Origin: an uncultured Candidatus Rokubacteria bacterium
GTDB lineage: Bacteria; Methylomirabilota; Methylomirabilia; Rokubacteriales; DASRDR01
Assembly: GCA_963708025.1 (NCBI GenBank)
Contig: CAVPSB010000018.1
Span: 559,812 to 623,811 of the forward strand
Reading direction: 5' to 3'
Length of the DNA: 64,000 nucleotides
Part shown: positions 36,990 through 47,573 of the stretch, piece by piece
Position numbering within the stretch: the stretch's first letter is position 1
Layout of the letters: each line of letters begins with the position of its first letter
Made by a program: the position numbers and the translations under genes
Notes under the pieces: generated by a model
What the model saw: only the letters and a program-made list of their open reading frames with translations
Databases searched by the model: none
Told to the model about the DNA's origin: nothing

Positions 36990-38787
36990 TCATGGCTCGT
37001 CAAGGAGCGGGCGCAAGTCCGCCGGGATCTCCGGCAGTGGCGCTTGTGTCGCTGTCAGCCGCTGCTCGGCTCGCCGCGCAAGGATGTTGACCTTGGAGAA
37101 GTGACCGTCAGGCCTTGGATAATCGGCCCGCGTATGGCCGCCGCGACTCTCGCGTCGTTCCAGGGCCGCGAGGGTCACGGCCTCCGACACCGTCAGGAGC
37201 GCGTGGAGGTCCAACGCGAGATGCCACCCGGGGTTGTAGCAGGCGCTTCCGACCACCGCCACCTGCTTGGCACGGTCCTTCAATCGGTCCAGTCGTTGCA
37301 AGGCCTCCTTCAGCTCGGCTTCTGTGCGGACGATGCCGACCAGTTCCTGCATCAGCGCCTGAAGGTCCTGCTGGATCGCGTACGGATTCTCCCCGGTCTT
37401 GCGCTCAAAGGGGGTTCGGAGCTCATGGACGACGGCGTCGATGAGCCCATCGTCCAGGCTGGCGTGACCACGCCACGCTGCGGCATACTGCGCCGCCGCG
37501 ACTCCGGCGCGGCGGCCGAAGACCAGGAGATCCGACAGGGAGTTGCCGCCGAGGCGGTTGGCCCCATGTAACCCACCGGCGATCTCACCCGCGGCGAACA
37601 GGCCGGGCACCCCAGTGGCCGTGGTGTCGGCGTCCACCCGCACCCCGCCGTTCATGTAGTGGGCCGTGGGCCCGACCTCCATGGGGTCCCGGGTGATGTT
37701 GACGCCGGCGAGCTCCATGAACTGGTGATACATGGAGGGCAGCCGTCGCCGAATGTACTCGGCGGGACGCCGCGACGCGATGTCGAGGTACACGCCGCCG
37801 TGCGGGCTCCCGCGTCCGCCCTTGACCTCGGCGTTGATCGCGCGCCACCTCGTCGCGGGGGAGCAGGTCCGGCGTGCGCCGGGCGCTCTTCTTGTCCGTA
37901 TACCAGCGGTCGGCCTCCGCCTCCGTCTCAGCCGTTTCGGTGCGGAAGTACTCGGGAATGTACCCGAACATGAACCGCTCGCCCTTGCTGTTCTTCAGCG
38001 TGCCGCCGTCGCCGCGCACACCCTCGGTCACCAGGATGCCGCGGACGCTGGGTGGCCACACCATGCCGGTTGGGTGGAACCGATAGCACTCCATGTTGAT
38101 GAGGTCAGCCCCGGCCTCGAGCGCCAGCGTCACGCCGTCCCCCGTGCACTCCCAGGAGTTGGAGCTGAATTGCCAGGCTTTGCCGATTCCACCGGTGGCC
38201 AGGATCACGGCCTTGGCGTGGAAGATCACGAACCGGCCGGTCGGCCGATGGTATCCGAAGGCGCCGGCGATGCGGCCGTCATCCGTGAGCAGCCGCGCGA
38301 TGGTGTACTCTATGAAGACATCGATGCCACGGTGCACCACGTGCTGCTGCAGCGTGCGGATCATCTCGAGCCCGGTCCGATCCCCGACATGCACCAAGCG
38401 CGCGTAGCGGTGGCCGCCGAAGTCGCGCTGCAGGATCCGTCCGTCTTTGGTGCGGTCGAAGAGCGCCCCCCAGCGCTCGAGTTCCAGCACGCGGTCCGGC
38501 GACTCTTGGGCGTGCAGCTGCGCCATTCGCCAGTTGTTGAGCAGCTTGCCGCCGCGCATCGTATCCCGGAAGTGAACCTGCCAGTTGTCCTCGGGATACA
38601 CGTTTCCCAGCGCGGCCGCAATCCCGCCCTCGGCCATCACCGTATGGGCCTTCCCGAGGAGCGACTTGCAGACGAGAGCAGTCCGGGCGCCCGCGGCGGC
38701 CGCTTCGATCGCGGCCCGGAGCCCGGCGCCGCCCGCGCCCAAGACGAGGACGTCATAGGCGTGGTGCTCGCACTCGGCTCGACTCAT
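36990..38787 (-). pseudogene. sdhA: Succinate dehydrogenase/fumarate reductase flavoprotein; frameshift at ~37840
   Basis: GAGGAG, KAHTVMAEGG, FHPTG, TEGVRG; second frame HYMNGG, HGANRLGGNSL, RRESRGGH. Confidence 0.88.
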
Positions 38788-39126
38788 GCGATGAGCGCGC
38801 CTCTGCCCGATCGACGCATGCGCGGCGTCTTCCTCACACGGGGAGCATGGCCCTCCGCCAGTCCCACGTGACAGCCGGGACTGTCGCTCGAAGACGACGG
38901 CGTCGAGCGCGACGGCCCACCCGGTGACGCACGTGGCGAGCCAGGAATGGATACTGTCCGCCGCGGCCGTCCAGGCCGCCCAAGGCCAGGAGCGTCCGGC
39001 CGGTGTCGAATGTGACGTCATCGGTCTGATACCTGCGCATCGCGGCCTGCCTCTCAAGAAAGGGTACATTCCCGTTGCTGGCCCGCGAGTCCTCTGGACC
39101 CGACCCCCCGGGCGTCGGCGTGTCTA

Positions 39127-39360
39127 TCACGCGGCCTTGGAGGCCAGGCGCACGCTGACGCCTGCGGCTCGCATGGCGGCCGCAATCGCGTCCACGGCGC
39201 TCGGCGTCTCGATTCGCAGGAGTGCGAACTCGCTCCGGGCGCCGCGGTCGGTCCGCGGCAGGCTCGCCGTCTGAACCACGTGGGGCGGTAGTACGGAGAG
39301 GATCTCGACGAGTCGCCCCGCAACCGGGTCGATCCACTGCATCTCGAGCATGTAGTCCAT
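39127..39360 (-). CDS. Small hypothetical protein downstream of sigma54 promoter
   Basis: MDYMLEMQWIDP...; purine-rich leader. Confidence 0.5.
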   Translation of the reverse strand: MDYMLEMQWIDPVAGRLVEILSVLPPHVVQTASLPRTDRGARSEFALLRIETPSAVDAIAAAMRAAGVSVRLASKAA

Positions 39361-39445
39361 GCGGCTTCTTCCCTTCTGACTTGCCCGAGGCCCGAGAAGG
39401 ACGAGCTCCCGCCCTTCCCGGGCGCACGGGCTCCCAAGGCGACCG

Positions 39446-39574
39446 CTACCGCTCCGCGGCTTGCGCCGGCTGTGGCGGCGCGGGGGCCGGGGCGGGAGGC
39501 GGGGGTACGGGCTGCGCGCCGCCACCCGGCTGAGGTTCCCGCGGCGGCTTGGACCGGATCTTCTTTCCTCCCAT
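39446..39574 (-). CDS. 42-aa Pro/Gln-rich peptide
   Basis: GGAGG RBS; MGGKKIRSKPPREPQPGGGAQPVPPPPAPAPAPPQPAQAAER; first ORF after sigma54 promoter. Confidence 0.45.
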   Translation of the reverse strand: MGGKKIRSKPPREPQPGGGAQPVPPPPAPAPAPPQPAQAAER

Positions 39575-39625
39575 GCTCTTGGTCACCTCCCTTCGTCAGC
39601 GACACTCCTCGGGATGTTCAGAGGA

Positions 39626-39967
39626 GCAAGGGCTCTGCCACGCCCGAAAACGCCAGGGAGCGTTGATGCTTGCACTCCCACCTGGTGGGCGGCCGCGACG
39701 GCCGACCGCAACTCTTGCAGTCCCGGCCTCAGCACGGCTTGGCCGGTACCGGGGGTCATCACGGGGGCCGAGAGGCGCCGATGGATGGCCGTTCTCAGAC
39801 GCCATCACGGCCGGGCCTTGGGACCGCGGAGAACGCGATGGAGAGCGCCCGCAGCCCGCCAGCCTCGCCGACTGCAGGATTTGCGGTCGCGGGTGGGGGC
39901 TTGGACGCCGCGCGTGTCAAATCGGCGACGCAGCATGCGCACATAGCGGGTTTGGTACGCCCGGTGC
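39626..39967. promoter_or_regulatory. Divergent sigma54 promoters, each with an activator motif
   Basis: Minus TGGCAGAGCCCTTGC (39626-39640) with ACCGCAACTCTTGCAG (39705-39720); plus CTGCAGGATTTGCGGT (39872-39887) with TGGTACGCCCGGTGC (39953-39967). Confidence 0.78.
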
Positions 39968-40034
39968 TTCTGTCATCGCGTGCCGTGGTGTGGGACGTGG
40001 ACGATTCCCTGCGGACAGAGAGGAGAGTGGCAGC

Positions 40035-40430
40035 ATGAAGACCGTTGGCGTGTTGGTAGTGGCGTTGGCGGTGGGCTTGACCAGCGCAGCGTGGTCGCAG
40101 TCGGCTCAGGGACCCGCCAAGACGGACCCGGCCAAGGCGGCGCCCTCGGCATCGCCCCCCAGCGAGGTCAAGAAGGCGCCCGAGAAGCTGACGATGGTGA
40201 GCGGCAAGGTGAAATCGGTCGGGCCGAACGCGCTGGTCGTCCAGGTGGCGGGCAAGACGCCGAAGGAACTGACGTTTGACCTGACGGGCACGGCCATCAA
40301 GGCTGGCGGCAAGGACGCCGCGTCCACCGACCTGAAGGACGGCGACGAGGTCCGGGTCGGGTACATGGAAGCGGACGGAAAGCTGGTCGCCAAGACCGTG
40401 AGCGCGAAGGCCGCGAAGGTGAAGAAGTAG
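40035..40430 (+). CDS. Secreted small OB-fold-like protein (DUF5666-like)
   Basis: Signal peptide; SGKVKSVG...DLKDGDEVRVGY. Confidence 0.75.
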   Translation: MKTVGVLVVALAVGLTSAAWSQSAQGPAKTDPAKAAPSASPPSEVKKAPEKLTMVSGKVKSVGPNALVVQVAGKTPKELTFDLTGTAIKAGGKDAASTDLKDGDEVRVGYMEADGKLVAKTVSAKAAKVKK

Positions 40431-40769
40431 CCCGCAGCACTCGCCGCAGCCCGACTCCTGGCCCCGGGGGCCTCGCCGGGCGTCAGGGTTCGGGCCGCGG
40501 CGTCGCGGCGACATGAAGTATCCGCCTCGCCAGGAGTTGACTGGCGGGGCCAAGGCCGGCGCCGACATGGATGTGAGCGTCATCGGCCGGGCGCACGCGC
40601 TGGTCGGGTTCGGGCCCCGTCAGCGGGCAGCGGCTCGCCGGCGCTTGTCGGGCCCAAGATGCCCTCGTCGTGTGGTGGGTCGCGCCGAACACGGGACGGC
40701 GTCCGTGCCGGGAGGTCGGCCGGCGTCGCCGTTCAGTACGCGCTAATCCGGCGCAGGGAGGACGCGTGG

Positions 40770-42008
40770 GTGGCTCCTAAGGAACGGCGTCCCCGGGTTG
40801 TCGGCGTCACGGGCTGCGCGCCGCTGGCCGCGGTGACGACGGAGCACGGGTCCGAGGCCGAGCAGCTGGCTCAGCATTTGCGATTCCTGGCCGACCATCT
40901 CGGGGCCCGGCCGGTCGGCAGTGCGGAAGCGTCGCGGGCCGCCCGCTACCTTCGTGACGCGATCGTGAGTCTCGGCTTCACCCCGGAGGTCCAGGCATTC
41001 TCCGTGACCCTTCGCCTCGGTCGCCAGGCTCGGTTGCGGAGGGCGGACGGCCGCTCCCTCCCCTGTCAGGCGGCGCTCGGTTCGTTCGGCACGCGAGCGG
41101 TTCTGCGAGGCGTGCCGCGGCTCGTGACCGAGAGCGAGCGGCGGGCGTGGCCGGCCGCCGTGGCCCCCGCGAACACCTTCGCCGTCTGCCCGATCGATCG
41201 CGACGGGGAGGCCGCGGCCGTGACCGGCGCGGTGCAGGGAGGGGCGAGCGCGGTCCTCCTCTACCGGGAGCGGACACCGGAGCTCTACTCGGCCGCCATT
41301 CCGGACGGTGGGCTCCCGGTTCCGTGCGTCACGATTCGGCCGGCCGATGGGCTGCACCTGGTCGCCGAAGGGCGAGACGTCGAGCTGAGCGTCGAGACAG
41401 AGCGACGGACCGCCCTCGGTGAAAACCTGATCGTCCAATTCGGACAGGGGGGACGCCCGCTGTTGTTCCTCGCCAACTACGACTCGCGGCCCGGTACGCC
41501 CGGCGCGTATCAGAACGGCTCGGGCGTGGTGGCCTTGGTGGGCCTGCTCACGCGACTCCGGGGCTGGCAGGGCCACGAAGTGCTGGTGGGATTCCTTGGT
41601 GGAGACGACCCCACCGCCGCAGGCTCGCGACACTGTCGCGACGTGGTGCAGGCGACGCACGTGCCGCCGAGCCTGCGAGGCATCGTCTACGTGTCGGCCG
41701 TCGGGACGAACAGCCTGGCAGCGGTGCCCGGTGACTCGGCGAAGTCTCCCCGGTTGGCGGAGGTCGCGCGACGAGCAGTCACGGCGGACGGTTTGACTGT
41801 GGGAGATCCTGGAGTGCTCGCGGCCAACGCGGCGGCGGCCGCTCGGCTCTGGGGGTGTCCCGTGGTGACGCTGACCGGTCCCCGCTTGCCCCTCGAACAC
41901 ACCGGGCTCGACCGACCGGATCTCGTGAGTCCTCGCGGCTTGGCGCGGGTAGTGTCCGTGCTCGAACGCCTCGCTCGGATCCCGGACGGTGCCGGTTCGG
42001 CGACCTAG
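40770..42008 (+). CDS. M28 peptidase-like protein with PA domain and degenerate active site
   Basis: GARPVGS...AARYL, ENLI, ANYDS, PGAYQNGSG, HT..D. Confidence 0.7.
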   Translation: MAPKERRPRVVGVTGCAPLAAVTTEHGSEAEQLAQHLRFLADHLGARPVGSAEASRAARYLRDAIVSLGFTPEVQAFSVTLRLGRQARLRRADGRSLPCQAALGSFGTRAVLRGVPRLVTESERRAWPAAVAPANTFAVCPIDRDGEAAAVTGAVQGGASAVLLYRERTPELYSAAIPDGGLPVPCVTIRPADGLHLVAEGRDVELSVETERRTALGENLIVQFGQGGRPLLFLANYDSRPGTPGAYQNGSGVVALVGLLTRLRGWQGHEVLVGFLGGDDPTAAGSRHCRDVVQATHVPPSLRGIVYVSAVGTNSLAAVPGDSAKSPRLAEVARRAVTADGLTVGDPGVLAANAAAAARLWGCPVVTLTGPRLPLEHTGLDRPDLVSPRGLARVVSVLERLARIPDGAGSAT

Positions 42009-42431
42009 CGCGAGCGGCAGGGGGGAGGCGGGCTGACGCGAAGCCCGTTGTCGCGCGACGTTGGACAGCTCCCGATGTCCGGGGGGGAGCAGTAGGGCGG
42101 GTCCCCCGGATCGACGGCTGGACGCCGGCGCCGTGTGGCGATCTCCTCTCTCTGTGGCTGCTCGTGGTCGGCTCCTGGCCGCTCGGCTGACCTGGGAGGC
42201 CGCGGTGTCGCACGCGCATCGACCGTCTTGGGCCGTATTAGACCAGGCGTGGCGTCCGGAGCCGCGTGGCCACGTGGCGCGGAGCCGCCAGCGGGGACGC
42301 GTCGCCGTGGCCCAGCCACGTTTCCGCGTGACTGCCAGAGTGCTAGAGTGCGGAGGATGACGAAGTGCCGTTCCCGAACGCCGTCTCGGATCGATGGGCC
42401 GCGGGGCGGTGGCCGGAGGCTGGTCTAGCCC

Positions 42432-43805
42432 ATGCTCCGTCCGGCGCCGGCCCGCTCACTTCTGGGATACGTCCCGCTCCGCTTGGCCGCGTCGGTCTTT
42501 CTCCTCTTCGCCTTGCTTCTCGCGGCCGCCGTCGGGGTCGGCATCCAGTTCGAACGGCACTCCCTCGTGAGTTCCGGCGCCATTGCGTCGCCCGGGGATC
42601 TCCGCGCTGGCCTCACGTGGAACGATGCGCTGAAGATCGTGACGATTCTCCTGACGCTCGCCGCTGCCGCCATCGTGCTGTTCACCACGTTTCAGAACTA
42701 CCGATCGGCCACCCAGACGTTTGAGCGCGTCAAGGCCCTCATGCGGAACGTGTTGGAAAGCATCCCGACCGGCGTGTTGACGCTGGACTCCGACGGGGTG
42801 GTCACCTCGCTCAACACCGCCGCCGAACGCCTGCTCGGGGTTCGGGCCTCGATGGTCGTCGGCCGCCCGTTGGAAGACGCGCTCCAGCGAGCGGCCGAAC
42901 TCGCCGCCTGGGTGCGCGCGGCACTGTGCGGCCAGGGACTCGTCCAGGAGAGCGACCTGTCCGTGTCGGGCGCCGAGAGTCGCCGGCTGATTGTGCGCGT
43001 GTCGGCTGCTGAACTCCGTGACGAATCGAGTCGGTCCGACGGACTGGTCGTCCTCCTCCGCGACGTTACCGAGGTCAGCCGGCTCGAGCTTCAGCTCCGG
43101 CGAGCGGACAAGCTCGCCGCGCTCGGCACGCTAGCCGCCGGGGTGGCCCATGAGGTGAAGAACCCACTGCACGCCCTGAGCCTGAATCTGCACCTGCTGG
43201 TCCAAGAGCTCGGGGCGCCCCAGCCGGCCAAGGGGGAGCTCGAGGATTATCTCGGGATTCTTCGGTCGGAGATCGAGCGCATTCACCAGATCGTGGAGAA
43301 CTTCCTCCGCTTTTCGAAGCCCTCGATTCCGGAAGTGAAGCCGCTCGATCTCAACGCGCTTGCCGAGCGGGTGCTCAGTCTCGTCGCGTTCGAAGCGGCG
43401 GGGCACCGGGTCGGGATCCAGACCGAGTTTGACCCCGAGCTCGACCCGATCGCTGGCGACGAAGGCCAGCTCGCCCAGGTCGTCCTCAATCTCGTGATCA
43501 ACGCCCTGCAGGCCATGCCGGCCGGCGGGAATCTGGCGCTCGCGACGCGGCGCGACAATGGCTGGGCGGCGCTCACGGTGAGGGATACTGGCGAGGGCAT
43601 CCCGCACGAGGTCATTCCGCAGATTTTCGACCCGTACTTCACCACCCGGCCGGGCGGGTCCGGGCTCGGGTTGGCGATTGCCCACCGGATCATCGAAGGC
43701 CACCACGGCACCATTGACGTCGACAGCAAGGCGGGCCTGGGGACGACCATGGTCGTCCGCCTCCCGCTGGCCGGTGGGCCCATGCCGGCCGCGAGGAGCG
43801 CCTGA
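42432..43805 (+). CDS. PAS-domain sensor histidine kinase (NtrB/AtoS type)
   Basis: 2 TMs, PAS, AHEVKNPL, NLVINA, DTGEG, FDPYFTT, GSGLGL. Confidence 0.95.
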   Translation: MLRPAPARSLLGYVPLRLAASVFLLFALLLAAAVGVGIQFERHSLVSSGAIASPGDLRAGLTWNDALKIVTILLTLAAAAIVLFTTFQNYRSATQTFERVKALMRNVLESIPTGVLTLDSDGVVTSLNTAAERLLGVRASMVVGRPLEDALQRAAELAAWVRAALCGQGLVQESDLSVSGAESRRLIVRVSAAELRDESSRSDGLVVLLRDVTEVSRLELQLRRADKLAALGTLAAGVAHEVKNPLHALSLNLHLLVQELGAPQPAKGELEDYLGILRSEIERIHQIVENFLRFSKPSIPEVKPLDLNALAERVLSLVAFEAAGHRVGIQTEFDPELDPIAGDEGQLAQVVLNLVINALQAMPAGGNLALATRRDNGWAALTVRDTGEGIPHEVIPQIFDPYFTTRPGGSGLGLAIAHRIIEGHHGTIDVDSKAGLGTTMVVRLPLAGGPMPAARSA

Positions 43806-45208
43806 TGCGAGGCAACGTCCTGGTCGTCGACGATGAGCTGAACATTCGGACCGCGCTGGGGAAGATACTCGAGAAAGCCGGTCACGCGGTCGTGGTGGCG
43901 GAGAGCGGAGACCAGGCACTGAGCCGGCTCCACGAGACGTCGTGTGACGTCGTTCTCACGGATCTCAAGATGGTGGGCGCTGGCGGCCTGGACGTCCTGC
44001 GTGCTGTCAAGCAGCGACAGCCGGAGGCCGAAGTGATTCTGTTGACGGCGTTCGGCACGATCGACAGCGCCGTCGAAGCGATGAAGATCGGGGCGTACGA
44101 CTACCTGACCAAGCCGACCGACCCCGAACGGCTCGTCCACGTGGTGGCGAAGGCGCTCGAGCACAAGGCGCTGCGTGAGGAAGTCCGTCAGTTGCGCGAG
44201 CGCATCGCGGAGCGCGAGGCGTTCGAACACATCGTGGGACGAAGTCTCCGGATGCGCGAGGTCTACGAGCGGGTCCGCCAGGTCGCCTCGACGACCGCGA
44301 CCGTGCTCATCAGCGGCGAGTCCGGGACCGGCAAGGAGCTGGTGGCCCGGGCCATTCACAACCGCAGTGCCCGGAAAAGCGGACCGTTCGTGACGTTGAA
44401 CTGCGGGGCGCTGCCGGAGACCCTCCTCGAGTCCGAGCTCTTCGGCCATGAGCGCGGCGCGTTCACCGGCGCGCTGGCGACGAAGGCCGGGCGGATCGAG
44501 CAGGCCGACGGCGGCACGCTGTTCCTGGACGAAGTGGGCGAGATGAGCGCCAAGACCCAGGTGGACTTTCTTCGGGTCCTCCAGGAACGGGAGTTCCGTC
44601 GAGTCGGGGGGACGCATCCGCTCACGGTGGATGTTCGGTTCATCGCGGCGACCAACAAAGAGCTGGAGGCGGCCGTCAAGGGGGGGGCATTCCGCGAGGA
44701 CCTGTATTATCGGCTCGCCGTGGTGCCGATCACCCTGCCGCCGCTCCGCGAACGAACGGAAGACCTCCCCGTGCTGGCGACCGCGTTTCTCCGGGAGTTC
44801 TGCACCCGGTACGATCGCGCGGAGAAGTCCTTCTCGGCGCCGACGTTCCAGGCGCTCCGCGAGTATGCGTGGCCCGGCAACGTCCGCGAGCTCCGGAATC
44901 TCGTCGAGCGGCTCGTCGTCACGGTCCCCGATCGGGTGGTCCGTCCCCTCCACCTCCCCTCCACGATCCTGACGGGCGAACGCCCGGAGCACAGTGTCAC
45001 GATCCCGTTGGGCATGCCCCTCCACGTCGTCGAGGAACAGGTGATCCGCCGAACCCTCGGCGCGATCACCGCGAACCGGGAGCGGGCCGCCAAGGTCCTC
45101 GGCATCAGCCCGCGCGCTCTGCACTACAAGCTGCGGCGGTATGGGATCGAGAAGTTGCCGCGCGAGCGATCCGAGGAGGAAGAGTCGCCCCAGCGGCCCC
45201 AGCCGTAG
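43805..45208 (+). CDS. Sigma54-dependent response regulator (NtrC/AtoC family)
   Basis: Receiver, GESGTGKE, intact [21 protein letters not shown], Fis-type HTH. Confidence 0.97.
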   Translation: MRGNVLVVDDELNIRTALGKILEKAGHAVVVAESGDQALSRLHETSCDVVLTDLKMVGAGGLDVLRAVKQRQPEAEVILLTAFGTIDSAVEAMKIGAYDYLTKPTDPERLVHVVAKALEHKALREEVRQLRERIAEREAFEHIVGRSLRMREVYERVRQVASTTATVLISGESGTGKELVARAIHNRSARKSGPFVTLNCGALPETLLESELFGHERGAFTGALATKAGRIEQADGGTLFLDEVGEMSAKTQVDFLRVLQEREFRRVGGTHPLTVDVRFIAATNKELEAAVKGGAFREDLYYRLAVVPITLPPLRERTEDLPVLATAFLREFCTRYDRAEKSFSAPTFQALREYAWPGNVRELRNLVERLVVTVPDRVVRPLHLPSTILTGERPEHSVTIPLGMPLHVVEEQVIRRTLGAITANRERAAKVLGISPRALHYKLRRYGIEKLPRERSEEEESPQRPQP

Positions 45209-45281
45209 GGCCTGGGTTCCAGACTGAGGCGAACGTCCCCGTTTCTCCGCGTGCCTCGGCCCAGCGGGCCCCTCCGGCACA

Positions 45282-45409
45282 CTGCAACTCTTGCGGTTCG
45301 ACCGCCACCTCCGCCGGGTGGGTCGCCCGTTCGGCGCGCCTCCCGACGGACTAAGCCGCTGTCTCGCTGAGGGTTTCTGGCCCCTCGTCCTCGCAGGCAC
45401 GCGAATTGC
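45282..45409 (+). promoter_or_regulatory. Sigma54 promoter plus activator motif
   Basis: CTGCAACTCTTGCGGT (45282-45297); AGGCACGCGAATTGC (45395-45409). Confidence 0.8.
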
Positions 45410-45428
45410 CGTGCAGACGAACGAGGCC

Positions 45429-46083
45429 ATGATGGCGTTGCGGTTGTCCATCCTCAGGGCACGCCCAGGACGGGAAGCGGCCGTGCTCGATCGCCTGCGC
45501 CACGCGGTGTCACGCCCGGGACACGGCGAGGCGACGTCGCTCCTTCTCTGCGCGACGGACGATCCCGGAGAGTTCGTGTGGATGGGGGACCTCGCAGCGG
45601 CGGCGCGGCTCGGCCCCGCATCGATCGACGTCATCGATGCAGTGGCGACCGATCTCCTTGGGCCGGTGTCGGTGTTCTCCCTGCGGTTCGTCGGTGGGTG
45701 GCACCGCTTTCCGGCGCCCCCCTACCAGATCTGGAACGTCGAGGTCTGGGCACCGGTCGACCTGCCTGGTCAACAGCGTGACCGAGCTGTTCGTGCCGGC
45801 GGGCGCCAGCCGAGCTGAGCCCGTGATCGGCCGCTCCGTGTTCCGCGCCATCGATGAGGCGACGCTCTTCATCGGATTCGTCGGCCTGACATCGAACTGG
45901 CTTCGACAACACCCGATGCCTCGGCACGCCAGCGCACGCGGCGCCATCGCCGTTTGGCGACCGCTGTCCGTGATGTACCGGGCAGAGACGCTCCGAGGCG
46001 GCGTGGAGAGGCGGCCCCTCGGTTCTCTCTGGTCTGGTGTCGTCCCAGCGCCGGTGGGTGCCGCCGTGGTCGTTTCGTCGTGA
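45429..46083 (+). pseudogene. Hypothetical protein, possibly tandem ABM-like, apparently frameshifted near 45770
   Basis: LRARPGRE....DDPGEF; continuation VFRAIDEATLF in another frame. Confidence 0.4.
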
Positions 46084-46118
46084 CGGACCAGCCGTCGCCA
46101 GGTGCTCGATCACGCCAC

Positions 46119-46361
46119 ATGGGCGGCGAACGCAACGGGGTCAATGGTCACCACAGGGGGATAGGGGTGGACACACTCATTGTGGTCGTCACGTGTGAGC
46201 GCTGCGGGCAAAGCTGGCACCAACGGTCCGTCTCGCCCGAGCAGGTCCTGGAGTGCATTTTTTGCGGCTGTCGAGGACACCTCAGCCTCGGGCCCGCCCA
46301 GGCCGATCCGAACGGGACCCAGCATGCGGAAGGGTGGCTTCATGGTCCGCGCGCATCCTAG
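46119..46361 (+). CDS. Small zinc-ribbon protein
   Basis: CERC...CIFC. Confidence 0.55.
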   Translation: MGGERNGVNGHHRGIGVDTLIVVVTCERCGQSWHQRSVSPEQVLECIFCGCRGHLSLGPAQADPNGTQHAEGWLHGPRAS

Positions 46362-46381
46362 CGAATCACCCCGGAGGTCAT

Positions 46382-46861
46382 GTGGGATTCTTTTTCGGTG
46401 CTGACGCGGAGCGGGCCCTGGGCGAGGATCTGACCCCCACGGTCACGGCGGGCGAGTATCTCGAGGCGATGACCAACGTAATCCAGGAACTGACCGAGGC
46501 CCCTCGAGGTCGACGTCACACGTGCCGCCTCGGATTTCGCGCCCTCGCGGCGGGCCTGGCCGGGCGGGCCACCCTCGTGTTCTCGGCTCACGTGCGCCGG
46601 CACCCGAGCGACGAGCACGCCTACCGGCTGCTGGGCCTCGCGCATCTGACCTGGGGGAACGATCGGCTGGCAGTCAAGCATCTCGAGATCGCGCTCGGTC
46701 TTCTGCGCCGGAGGGCCGTCCACGCCATGAGCCTGCGTGACAGGCTGCGTCTCCACTGCGAGGCGGCACTGCTGCGGCTCGTGCTCGTCTCGCTACACTC
46801 CCGGCTCGGCGAGGTCCAGGCCGCGCGCTGGCTCGTCCGCGAAGGAGAGGAGTTCCTGTGA
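46382..46861 (+). CDS. TPR-like helical protein
   Basis: HPSDEHAYRLLGLAHL...AVKHLEIAL; GGAGG RBS. Confidence 0.6.
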   Translation: MGFFFGADAERALGEDLTPTVTAGEYLEAMTNVIQELTEAPRGRRHTCRLGFRALAAGLAGRATLVFSAHVRRHPSDEHAYRLLGLAHLTWGNDRLAVKHLEIALGLLRRRAVHAMSLRDRLRLHCEAALLRLVLVSLHSRLGEVQAARWLVREGEEFL

Positions 46862-46892
46862 ACCGTCACGCACGGAGAGGAGGGTCGCCGCC

Positions 46893-47549
46893 GTGGACCG
46901 AAGGAGACAGCTGATTTCCAGCGTTGCGCTGCTGGGGACGGCCCTCCTGCTTGCGGGGTGCCCCAAGACGCCGAGCCCGACGCCGGCTGGCAGTGCCGCC
47001 GTGGCCGGCTCGGCCCAGAGCGCAGGCGTGACCGCCATCGTGCCCAGCGGAGGCGCCCCGGCCGGGCCGCGGACTGCGACGGCGACGGCACCGGGTGCGG
47101 TGACCGGCGGCGCCGGCGGCCCCGGAGCGCCCGGAGCCTCCGCATCCCAGGGAGGGCTCACCGCGGCGGGCACCTCGTTACCGGCTCTGCCCGCGCCCCG
47201 GGAGTACGTCGAGAACCCAGCTCTGTCCGCGATCCACTTCGACTTCGACCGGTACGACCTTCGTCCACAGGAGAAGGAGCGGCTGGCGAAGAACGCAGAC
47301 TGGATCAAAGCGCACACCGGGGTGCTGCTCCTGATCGAATGGCACGCCGACGAGCGAGGCACGAACGAGTACAATCTCGCGCTCGGCGAACGCCGGGCGA
47401 AGGCCGCCCGCGACTACCTCGCTAGTCTCGGAATCGACGGCAGCCGGGTCACCCTCATCAGCTACGGCGAGGAGCGGCCCCTGTGCACCGAGCGCGCCGA
47501 GAGCTGCTGGGCCAGGAACCGGCGCGCGTACTTCCTGGTGAAGCCGTAA
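46893..47549 (+). CDS. pal: Peptidoglycan-associated lipoprotein (OmpA/Pal)
   Basis: Lipobox LAGC; IHFDFD, HADERGTNEYNLALGERRA, ISYGEERP, NRR; conserved G of IEGH is W. Confidence 0.9.
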   Translation: MDRRRQLISSVALLGTALLLAGCPKTPSPTPAGSAAVAGSAQSAGVTAIVPSGGAPAGPRTATATAPGAVTGGAGGPGAPGASASQGGLTAAGTSLPALPAPREYVENPALSAIHFDFDRYDLRPQEKERLAKNADWIKAHTGVLLLIEWHADERGTNEYNLALGERRAKAARDYLASLGIDGSRVTLISYGEERPLCTERAESCWARNRRAYFLVKP

Positions 47550-47573
47550 GCGTTGCCGTAAGCGTCGGATCCA

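Noticed and set aside
47543-47565. GCCGTAAGCGT tandem repeat with 12-bp period at the pal stop codon
   Set aside because: No tRNA fragment or core site nearby; more likely a local duplication than an arm-type site.
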